Source: a virus
Taxonomy: Duplodnaviria; Heunggongvirae; Uroviricota; Caudoviricetes
Length of the DNA: 23,248 nt
IMG/VR virus record: IMGVR_UViG_2537562015_000009
Direction: 5' to 3' (one strand)
The notes under the pieces were generated by a model. It was not told the origin of the DNA and ran no database searches. It was given only the letters and a program-made list of their open reading frames with translations. A program made the translations under genes and the position numbers. How positions within the stretch are numbered: the first letter of the stretch is position 1; every line of letters starts with the position of its first letter. Of the stretch, positions 1 to 7,450 are shown piece after piece.

Positions 1-1131
1 TCAAATGACCAGTTTTTTCCACTCCTTACCACGTGCATCGTTGTAAATATCGGTCATTTTTTGATTCGAATGGCCAAGCAAAATTTGGGTGTCGATCCCT
101 TGCTCCCTGAACAAACGCTCCGACAATGATCGCTGTTCATGGAAAGAGGGTGGGGTACCATTAGCGCACCAGTTGTAATCTACAGAGTCCCGCGCTTTTT
201 TAAATGCAACTGTTAACGTTGCTGGCTTAACCATCCCGCCGCGCTTGGCTGTCCCTTTCGCATGATGGTGGTGCAATAGCCACGGACTAAGAACGCAATC
301 GCGACAGGATGACGCCACATCATCCAGGGTGAGATTTAATTTATTGCAACGCAGAGCAAGAGGGATGGCAATCCGGGTTCCTGTTTTTTGCTGTTCGACA
401 TGAAGATAACCATCCCGGATATCCGAAAATTGCATTTTGCAAATATCTGAAAGGCGCTGGCCTGTCATCAGTGCCAGCAGCATGCCGCGCTGTAAAAAGT
501 AACCATCCTTTTCCGCTGCGTTATAAATCATCATCCACTCATCAAAAGTCAGTCGCTGCCTTGATATCCGCACCTGCGGTTTTTTTGCCGATTCTGCAGG
601 GTTAAAGCCTGGCGGAACATCGCCTGTTTGCTGGGCTTCCCGGAAAACATCGATCAGTACCTTCCTGAAAATTTGTCCCATTCTGTTATGTCCTCTGGCC
701 TTGTACTCTTCCAGCACCGATACCACATCTTTTACGGTTATGGCATCTAACGGTCTGGTGCCAAAACGTTCATCAAATACCCTGAGAGGGGCCGCTTTTT
801 GTTTCAGCGTGTTGAGTTTGATCTCTCCGTTTTCATATCTTTCCTGTTGAATTTTTCTGTAATTATTCAGAAAAATGGAAACGGTTGATGAACCGCCGGT
901 ATCATTAATAATTTTCTCCTGCAGACTGAGCATTTGTTTCATTTGCTGCCTGGCAAGACGGCTGTTCGCTTCTGCTGCAATAGTTTCTGCCAGTTTCTGG
1001 TCAATACTGCCGAGACCGTGATTTTTGCCTGTTATGGGATGCCTGTAACGCCAGTAAACTTTGTTATTTCTTTTGTCAAAATACGGAGATAATCCCGGAA
1101 CATCAGTTTTATATTTTCGCGGGCGCGCCAT
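1..1131 (-). CDS. int: Lambda-family tyrosine integrase
   Basis: 376 aa ORF, ATG at 1129-1131 with GGAAG/AGAGGA upstream; N-terminal arm-binding region resembling lambda Int (..YFDKRNNKVYWRYRHPITGKNHGLG..); C-terminus ..FHEQRSLSERLF..LLGHSNQKMTDIYNDARGKEW matches the catalytic R/H/Y region of lambda Int. Confidence 0.85.
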   Translation of the reverse strand: MARPRKYKTDVPGLSPYFDKRNNKVYWRYRHPITGKNHGLGSIDQKLAETIAAEANSRLARQQMKQMLSLQEKIINDTGGSSTVSIFLNNYRKIQQERYENGEIKLNTLKQKAAPLRVFDERFGTRPLDAITVKDVVSVLEEYKARGHNRMGQIFRKVLIDVFREAQQTGDVPPGFNPAESAKKPQVRISRQRLTFDEWMMIYNAAEKDGYFLQRGMLLALMTGQRLSDICKMQFSDIRDGYLHVEQQKTGTRIAIPLALRCNKLNLTLDDVASSCRDCVLSPWLLHHHHAKGTAKRGGMVKPATLTVAFKKARDSVDYNWCANGTPPSFHEQRSLSERLFREQGIDTQILLGHSNQKMTDIYNDARGKEWKKLVI

Positions 1132-1357
1132 CTTCCAGTATCCTCTTCAAGGCTGGGTGATCTGTAGCGATCACCTCCGGCTTGTTTACCATTCCGACAA
1201 AGCGAGCTCGCGGATCCACTCGCCAGTGTCTCCCAACTTTTTTGGGAAGAGGAAATATCATTCCGGCTTTAGCGTATTTACTTAACGTGCCCGGAGTAGG
1301 GACCGGATCGCTGAATTCCTCTTTTGCCCACTCAGTGAGCAGAATAAGTCTTGCCAT
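1109..1357 (-). CDS. xis: Excisionase-like small DNA-binding protein
   Basis: 82 aa ORF immediately upstream of and overlapping int by 23 nt; basic small protein in the canonical xis position; weak RBS. Confidence 0.55.
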   Translation of the reverse strand: MARLILLTEWAKEEFSDPVPTPGTLSKYAKAGMIFPLPKKVGRHWRVDPRARFVGMVNKPEVIATDHPALKRILEDGAPAKI

Positions 1358-1421
1358 GAGCGTCGTTCGCTAATCATGGTCGTCGCCACTATAGCTGGTG
1401 GGCGACGACCGGGGTTGAACA

Positions 1422-3893
1422 TTAAAAATCAGCCTGACTCGGGATCAGTTTTTGCCAGATAGCTGAAACGTATTTTGCCTGGTAACGGGCGTCATCAAGT
1501 GCATTATGGCGCTCACCTTCGAATGGAATAGCCGTTCTGGCATCGAAGCCTATGGCTTTCCCCAGCTCAACGATTGTGCGTACATCGCGATCGTTGTAGT
1601 AACGCCACGGGCAGGGGATCCCCTGCCGCTCGTATGAACGGCGCAAAATCGTGTTGTCGAAGTTGGCTCCATTTCCCCAGACCTGAACAAAAAACTCACC
1701 GGAGTTTTCGTCGATAAATTCTCGCAATTGTAACAGAGCATCATCTAACGGGATTTCATCAGTCATAATGGCAGATTGCGCTTCGCGTGATTGCTTCAGC
1801 CACCATTTAATGGTGTCCCGATCAATGACTCCGCCAGCAGTTTCCAGATCGATAGTCTTACTAAATTCCGGTCCCATATCTCCGGTTTGCGGATCGAAAA
1901 ATATTGCACCTATTGAGATAATCGGGGCATCAGGATTTTTTCCCATGGTTTCGAGGTCGATCATTAGATGGCCACACGTCCTGCTGGTGGATGTGATTTC
2001 GTGATGACCGTTCACCTTAATTGAGTGATCTGCCGCCTCGCCAGTTGCATTATCGCTGGCGTGGTCCTGAGCGCTGCCAGCATTCTCCTTGTGTGGATGT
2101 TCAGCGCCTTCCATTTCCTCCGGATCGTTTTCCTGAACTTCAACCTGATTCTCTTCATCGAATGTTTCCTGGTATGTTGCGTCCCCCATCACCGCGCCAC
2201 AATCAGGGCAGTTGCCGCCACCGCTCTGACCACAGGCGGTGCAGGCTTTTTCCGGTTCCTGTTGCGCTACTGGTTCAGGTTGTTTCGTTTCTGGCTCGTT
2301 TTGTTGCGTATTTGGGCTGTTTTGTTCCGCTTTCTGGTCGTTCTGTTCCGTTTCTTGCTGGTTCTGGTTCACAGAATCGCGGGTTTCAATCCCCTTCACC
2401 CATTTCGGATCATTCGGGTCGCTAATCCCTTCAATAAATTCACCACGTGATGCAGCAAGCAACTTATCGGCGTCAGGCTGGCTGATATTGGCTGCCTGCA
2501 TAATTTTGTTTACTTCGTCAGCGGTAACTTTTACCGGTTCTGGCTGTGCGGTCGTGTCAGATGCACCAGTATTTTGTTGTGAACCTGAGCATGTACTGTT
2601 TTTGCGGGCGAAATATTCTTCTTTCGTGATTTCAGTAGCCCCGGCAGCCAGCGCCTTATCCAGACCAGAAAGTTTGTTTGCGCGACCGTATTTTTCGCCA
2701 TCCTTGTCGGTGAAGAGGAAGTAGAACGGCCCCTCACGCTCTACAGATGGTTCGACTTCCACTTTGCATTCGGTTTTTTCGTTGTCCGGAATTGCCGTTT
2801 CCACTGCATCAGTTTCTGGTACTGGCGACGAGAGAGTATCAGTTGCGCTCTGATTTGTTCCTTCATCTTCAAACACGCCCTTTGTAGTCAGGTATTCAGT
2901 AATGTATTTGTTCAGTGCCACAGGGTCTTTGTGAATGTCGATCGGACGTTCACGAACAAGGCCAAAAATAGTCTGGCGGTCGTAGCGAAGGGTATCAGGC
3001 TGTTTGCGCATTGATGCCGAGATACGCTTCCAGTCTTCGCGGTCGTTGTTGATAACTTCATTTTTTGCCCAGCGATGGATGCTGCCGTCAATGTTTCCGG
3101 CATCAATGTCACCAGGCCACAGAGCGTAGGCCAGTTCATCATCCAGTGTTTTCCATGTCTGCTTGTATTCGCGATGAGTGGCAGCAATGGCCGGGTTGAT
3201 TTTTCCTGTTGAATTTTCAGTGTTCTGTTGATTGGCTCTGGCGCGGGCGAGATCAACAACAGACGTGTATTTTCCGGTTTCCTTGCGTTCACCTTCGCGA
3301 CGTTTTTTCCAGATGCGCATCTCTGCCTGAATTTCGGGCCATTTGGCACCAGGCTTACATTTATGCTTAACCCACCCGATGGCATGCAGCTTAAGCTCCG
3401 GATACATGGCGTTAACTTCTGGCATTTTCATCAACGCTTCAACGATATGTCCGTCGAATGTTGCCATGTCTTCCTGCAACAATTCCTGCGCGCTAATCAC
3501 CATATCAACGGTGATATTTTCACATGTGTCGAACTTAACCATGACAGCGTTCTGTACTTCAGGGGCCAGCTTGTCAAAAGTGACGTTCATCGGATCTGAT
3601 TCAGTCTCAACCGGGACAAAGGAAGCAGACTCCTCATCCCAGCGGTTTTCCTGCATATATTCGGTATCCCAGGAGTCGATAGCAGGGCGGGGTATACCGG
3701 GTTTATCCTCGCAAACAAGAAATTTATAAGCACAGTCCTGAGCAGCCGGATAATGTTCCAGGAATTGCCAGTGAAATTTTGCGCGGGCGCGACGTTCATC
3801 ACCAGCTTCAATGGCAGTGGCTACAGCGACTGCACCTTCTTCCTTTATTGCCTGTTCGTCCGGAATGGCGGCGCAAATAAAGACTTTACTCAT
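1422..3893 (-). CDS. RecE-like exonuclease (exodeoxyribonuclease VIII-like) with C-terminal DEDDh (DnaQ-like) 3'-5' exonuclease domain
   Basis: 823 aa ORF, ATG 3891-3893, TAA 1422-1424; C-terminal motifs LMIDLETMG (Exo I), GNGANFDNTIL (Exo II), HNALDDARYQAKY (Exo III); central Q/E/N/P-rich low-complexity linker and CxxC..CxxC (CTACGQSGGGNCPDCG) motif. Confidence 0.7.
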   Translation of the reverse strand: MSKVFICAAIPDEQAIKEEGAVAVATAIEAGDERRARAKFHWQFLEHYPAAQDCAYKFLVCEDKPGIPRPAIDSWDTEYMQENRWDEESASFVPVETESDPMNVTFDKLAPEVQNAVMVKFDTCENITVDMVISAQELLQEDMATFDGHIVEALMKMPEVNAMYPELKLHAIGWVKHKCKPGAKWPEIQAEMRIWKKRREGERKETGKYTSVVDLARARANQQNTENSTGKINPAIAATHREYKQTWKTLDDELAYALWPGDIDAGNIDGSIHRWAKNEVINNDREDWKRISASMRKQPDTLRYDRQTIFGLVRERPIDIHKDPVALNKYITEYLTTKGVFEDEGTNQSATDTLSSPVPETDAVETAIPDNEKTECKVEVEPSVEREGPFYFLFTDKDGEKYGRANKLSGLDKALAAGATEITKEEYFARKNSTCSGSQQNTGASDTTAQPEPVKVTADEVNKIMQAANISQPDADKLLAASRGEFIEGISDPNDPKWVKGIETRDSVNQNQQETEQNDQKAEQNSPNTQQNEPETKQPEPVAQQEPEKACTACGQSGGGNCPDCGAVMGDATYQETFDEENQVEVQENDPEEMEGAEHPHKENAGSAQDHASDNATGEAADHSIKVNGHHEITSTSRTCGHLMIDLETMGKNPDAPIISIGAIFFDPQTGDMGPEFSKTIDLETAGGVIDRDTIKWWLKQSREAQSAIMTDEIPLDDALLQLREFIDENSGEFFVQVWGNGANFDNTILRRSYERQGIPCPWRYYNDRDVRTIVELGKAIGFDARTAIPFEGERHNALDDARYQAKYVSAIWQKLIPSQADF

Positions 3894-3973
3894 TTTGTTT
3901 TAACCTCATTACAGATTTAAGGATGAACAAATCCCTGCCATTGCTGGCATATAAAAATGAAACCGGATATTAA

Positions 3974-4177
3974 TTACGGTGCTGTTTTAAGTCCTGCCGG
4001 GATTTCGTTATTATCCTGGTGAATAACTTTATCGACCGGATAACAGTTACCGGGAATTTTCTGCTCCACTGCGGCAACCATGCATTCTTTCATTGAGCCG
4101 TATACGCCAGTAACCATGTCAACCGGTTCACCGGAAACAAGAAAAACCGTCAGAACAAGTGCAAATGTTGTATTCAT
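3974..4177 (-). CDS. Small hypothetical protein with N-terminal hydrophobic segment (signal/TM-like)
   Basis: ATG at 4175-4177 overlaps the stop of the upstream gene (ATGA coupling); AAGGA 9 nt upstream; MNTTFALVLTVFLVSGEP.. hydrophobic N-terminus; the track ORF extends to 4231. Confidence 0.45.
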   Translation of the reverse strand: MNTTFALVLTVFLVSGEPVDMVTGVYGSMKECMVAAVEQKIPGNCYPVDKVIHQDNNEIPAGLKTAP

Positions 4178-4362
4178 TGCCAGCATCCTTTTTGCATCAG
4201 GCGTAAACGGGCCAGCATTGAAACAATGCATATTTTATCCAATAGCTCCCGTTCTTGTTTCCTCTTGTTAATGGCATCTTCAGTAAATACTGGGTTACTG
4301 ATAGTGACACCAATTTCAAAACAACCTTCAGACGTATTAACGTTTGGTAATAACGTTTTCAT
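4174..4362 (-). CDS. Small hypothetical protein (62 aa)
   Basis: Internal ATG at 4360-4362 is preceded by strong RBS GAGGGTG (7 nt spacing); the track ORF start at 4461 has no RBS. Confidence 0.5.
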   Translation of the reverse strand: MKTLLPNVNTSEGCFEIGVTISNPVFTEDAINKRKQERELLDKICIVSMLARLRLMQKGCWQ

Positions 4363-4915
4363 TATCGCACCCTCAACAATGAATTTTGTGATGCGGTGCC
4401 TGGTGCCTCCAGGTGACGTTAACCAGTTAACAATTAACGCCGGATACAGAACCCCACCCATAACTTGGTTTTAACTGTTCCGCGTGCGCTTAGCCGCATT
4501 CACCGCATCACAAAATTCACTTTAAAAAGGACGGCAGAGCAGTCACGGAGTAAAACTGATACCGCCAAACGCCACCAGAAAATTGATAACAGAGGGCGTT
4601 GCAGCGGGGTTGTCACTTAAGCGCATGGTCAACCTGACAACCCGGTGTCTCAATGGGGGAGGAATAACCCCGCCATACTTACCGCCGCGCCATTTCGCGG
4701 AGTGCCACAACCGGAAGCGCACGGTCGACGAAAATTTAACGACAGGCTATCTATGAACCAACTACCTCGCCGTGCGCTTTCGCGTTATGCCCTGACTTTT
4801 CAGGAAAATGCCCTTTCAGTAAACTGTCAGTGCCGGATGCTCACCCGTGTCCGGCGCACGCACTCCACCTCACCCGTGGAGAACCCCTTAATTACCAACC
4901 CTCAGGAGGGTGAAA

Positions 4916-5136
4916 TGACTAGTAAAAATGTAAATATCCAGTTTAACCACGATGTTTCTCCTGCTGGACTTGCGGATGATCTCACCGCTATAAAAACGGC
5001 AATTATGCTACTTGCTGCTAAGTTGCCTGCGTCATCAAAGCCAGCGGAAATTTGTGACTCATTGCGTAAGATGAATTCAACAAAATGCAATGAGATGGCA
5101 TCACTTATTGAAAGTGCAATTGATTTTAATGATTAA
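4916..5136 (+). CDS. Small hypothetical protein (73 aa), convergent with neighbouring minus-strand gene
   Basis: ATG at 4916 preceded by GGAGGG (4903-4908); the upstream part of the 4645..5136 track ORF has no start/RBS; 3' end overlaps minus-strand gene 5126..5500 by 11 nt. Confidence 0.45.
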
Positions 5137-5500
5137 TCGAAATTTCATGGCTAACTGTAACCCTCCCATCTGTGGCGGGATGGTTTAAATCGCTGGGATT
5201 AATGCCGCACTCAGTAAAATGGTTCTTAAGGGGTTCTATCCGAATCCCTTTCTTTTTCATTAACAAGCCAAACCCCTTATCAATGATATCCATTAATTCC
5301 AGGAAGTATTTTTCATGTAAATCCTGGCTATCAGAGAGCCGCTTCTCTTCGTACAGACCGATAAAGGCACGACGCACGTTACCGGATATAGTATCGATGG
5401 TTTCTTTTTCTACGGTACTCAGGTCAAGAGTCGCCAGTTGGAAACGAACTATATTCGCTGCCATTTCCTGGAATTGCATTGGTAAATCTTTAAATTCCAT
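5126..5500 (-). CDS. Hypothetical protein (124 aa), early-left operon
   Basis: ATG 5498-5500 with GAGG 7 nt upstream; AT-rich; no motif recognised. Confidence 0.6.
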   Translation of the reverse strand: MEFKDLPMQFQEMAANIVRFQLATLDLSTVEKETIDTISGNVRRAFIGLYEEKRLSDSQDLHEKYFLELMDIIDKGFGLLMKKKGIRIEPLKNHFTECGINPSDLNHPATDGRVTVSHEISINH

Positions 5501-5522
5501 TATTAGCCTCGTTGGTTAGCTA

Positions 5523-5741
5523 TTAACGTGGGTATGTAATCATTCTGGCAATGCTTAATGCCGCTGCTTTTTCCAGCCTGGTGATATCCTGCTCCAGAGC
5601 GGACAGATTTTCAGCCTGCTTAGCCCTGGCTTCATTGGCCCATTTCAGATCCTGCGCTGCATTAATTTTCTGGCGCATCCACTCATAAAGTTCATCATCG
5701 GTATAGTCTGGCGCGATGATGACGGGTTCTCGTTTCTGCAT
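5523..5741 (-). CDS. Hypothetical protein (72 aa), first gene of early-left operon
   Basis: ATG 5739-5741 with GAGGA RBS (6 nt spacing); roughly 200 nt leader back to the pL-like promoter; no Arg-rich N-like motif. Confidence 0.6.
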   Translation of the reverse strand: MQKREPVIIAPDYTDDELYEWMRQKINAAQDLKWANEARAKQAENLSALEQDITRLEKAAALSIARMITYPR

Positions 5742-5932
5742 ACTGATTCCTCGCGGTGCTGTTTCCCCTTAACGCCGGGGTGGCGGAACAAAAACCTGCT
5801 GCATAGTTATTAAAGTTGAACCCTGCCGTCATGTTCTTACGCCTCGGGCTGGCTACTTACCCCCTGACCACTGCCTGGTAACTCGAAGTATTGCCCTGCA
5901 TTCTGTGGGGCGGGGTGGGTTGGTATGTTGTT

Positions 5933-5961
5933 AAGGTAACAAGTGTTACCTTTCGAGTCAA
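5933..5961 (-). promoter_or_regulatory. pL-like leftward promoter overlapping operator palindrome GGTAACAAGTGTTACC (5935-5950)
   Basis: Minus strand -35 TTGACT (5956-5961), 17 nt spacer, -10 TACCTT (5933-5938); perfect 16 bp palindrome GGTAAC-N4-GTTACC in the spacer; same half-sites as the two sites at the cI/cro junction. Confidence 0.45.
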
Positions 5962-5995
5962 TGCAATGTTGCAAAAAGTACATTTGAGGGCGTGA

Positions 5996-6019
5996 AAAAC
6001 CCGCAATGAATGCGGGTTA
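5996..6019 (-). terminator. Intrinsic terminator after repressor gene
   Basis: Minus strand reads CCCGCA-TTCATT-GCGGG followed by TTTTT, 5 nt downstream of the cI-like stop. Confidence 0.5.
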
Positions 6020-6023
6020 TGAC

Positions 6024-6698
6024 TCAGTCTAAGTATTGATGTATTTGTGAAACTTTACCTTTAATGGTGTAACCACCATTCAGTTCGATGGGTTTGTAAA
6101 GCGGATTCAGTGACAACAGATAGATGTTTGGTCCGTCAATCGCAACTTTTTTTAGTGTTACGTTTGGCGTTCCTTCCAATTGGATTAAGATTATTTTTCC
6201 CACCAGTTCTCTAATGTTACTTGAGCATGGTGTGATCAGCACGGTAGATCCGTCGGGGATGGTTGGGAGGCCGTTAGAGTTTGTCATCGCATCTCCCTCA
6301 ACATGCAATAAAAAAGAGTTTTCAGCGGTTTTTGTCATGACATCAACCCAATTCTTAATACCAGGAATCTCGGTTACTGGACAACTCATATCCCAATAAC
6401 CAGCCTGTTCCCACGTTAAAACGGGCAACCGGGCGATGTTGTCACTAATGTAAAGGTACTGATTCAGACGCAGATCATCGGTTTTATCGTGACCGTCCTT
6501 TCCATAAAGAATCCATTCAGGAGATTTGGAAAGCAATTTTGACAGTAGATGCAAATTCTCACCGTCAGGTTTTGAAGAGCCATTTTCCCATTTTGTTACG
6601 GATACACGAGATATGCCGATTGCTTTCGCAACCTGCTGTTGGGTTAATCCAACGTCTTTTCGACGATTCCGAATACGTTCGCTGATAGTGTTTTTCAT
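6024..6698 (-). CDS. P22 C2/lambda CI-like repressor (N-terminal HTH, C-terminal S24 LexA-like peptidase domain); catalytic Ser replaced by Ala
   Basis: N-terminus from ATG 6696-6698 (MKNTISERIRNRRK..) parallels P22 C2 (MNTQLMGERIRARRK..); Ala-Gly cleavage site present (..WEQAGYWDM..); S24 motif reads GDAM (Ala codon GCG at 6288-6290) instead of GDSM; Lys of the dyad present (TLKKV); the track ORF extends to a TTG at 6797. Confidence 0.8.
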   Translation of the reverse strand: MKNTISERIRNRRKDVGLTQQQVAKAIGISRVSVTKWENGSSKPDGENLHLLSKLLSKSPEWILYGKDGHDKTDDLRLNQYLYISDNIARLPVLTWEQAGYWDMSCPVTEIPGIKNWVDVMTKTAENSFLLHVEGDAMTNSNGLPTIPDGSTVLITPCSSNIRELVGKIILIQLEGTPNVTLKKVAIDGPNIYLLSLNPLYKPIELNGGYTIKGKVSQIHQYLD

Positions 6699-6760
6699 GT
6701 AACCAATGTTACTACCAAGTGATGTTGCTATGGTTGACATTGTAATGTAACTATTGTTAC
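6699..6760. promoter_or_regulatory. Immunity switch region: two operator palindromes GTAAC-N4-GTTAC (6699-6712, 6747-6760) with divergent promoter elements
   Basis: GTAACCAATGTTAC abuts the cI start codon; GTAACTATTGTTAC lies between plus-strand TTGACA (6734-6739) and the cro RBS; candidate leaderless PRM -10 TAACAT inside the first operator. Confidence 0.45.
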
Positions 6761-6789
6761 CCTCCTGCTCGAAATAACAGGAGAGTTTT

Positions 6790-7005
6790 ATGTTCAAAGA
6801 TGATGTTCTGCGCTATTTCAAAAAAAAGCGACTAGTAGCTGAGGCTCTTGGAATTTCACATGTGGCTGTTGTGCGGTGGAAAGCAGTTATTCCCAAACTT
6901 CGCGCAATGGAACTGGATGAAATTACTAACGGTGAATTGAAATACAACCCAGAACTTTACAAGAAGCAGGATAGCACCTCGAACGAAGGAAAGAATGATT
7001 CATGA
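6790..7005 (+). CDS. Cro-like HTH regulator (YdaS-like)
   Basis: 71 aa, ATG 6790 with GGAGAG RBS; divergent from repressor; HTH-like ..AEALGISHVAVVRWK.. Confidence 0.7.
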   Translation: MFKDDVLRYFKKKRLVAEALGISHVAVVRWKAVIPKLRAMELDEITNGELKYNPELYKKQDSTSNEGKNDS

Positions 7006-7427
7006 AAATCAAGCATGAACACATCCGCATGGCGATGAATGCCTGGGCGCGTCCTGATGGCGAAAAAGTTCCAGCAGCTGGAATAACCCAGGCTTATTTT
7101 GAGTTGGGTATGACGTTCCCAGAACTGTATGACGACAGCCATCCGGAAGCCCTGGCTCGTAATACCCAGAAAATTTTCCGCTGGGTAGAGAAAGACACCC
7201 CTGATGCAGTTGAAAAAATTCAGGCGTTGTTACCAGCGATCGAAAAGGCAATGCCACCTTTGCTGGTGGCCAGAATGCGCAGCCACAGTTCAGCTTATTT
7301 TCGGGAGCTGGTGGAGACGCGGGAACGACTGGTGAGAGACGCTGATGATTTTGTCGCAGTGGCGATCGCTGGTTTCAATCAGATGAATCGTGGTGGCCCG
7401 GCAGGAAATGCCTTGGTGATGCACTAA
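7002..7427 (+). CDS. YdaT-like / CII-position regulatory protein
   Basis: 141 aa, ATG overlaps cro stop, AAGGAAAG RBS; N-terminus MKIKHEHI.. and position after the Cro-like gene resemble Rac YdaT (from memory, not verified). Confidence 0.5.
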   Translation: MKIKHEHIRMAMNAWARPDGEKVPAAGITQAYFELGMTFPELYDDSHPEALARNTQKIFRWVEKDTPDAVEKIQALLPAIEKAMPPLLVARMRSHSSAYFRELVETRERLVRDADDFVAVAIAGFNQMNRGGPAGNALVMH

Positions 7428-7450
7428 AAGCACGGTGTTCGGAGTTTTTT

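Noticed and set aside
2021-2724. Several plus-strand ORFs (134-161 aa) antisense to the exonuclease gene
   Set aside because: Embedded in a long well-supported minus-strand CDS; Cys/Phe/Leu-rich translations typical of antisense frames; no RBS.
4645-4915. Long form (163 aa) of the plus-strand ORF ending at 5136
   Set aside because: Upstream part has no start codon with an RBS and crosses strongly structured non-coding sequence; the ATG at 4916 with GGAGGG is the credible start.
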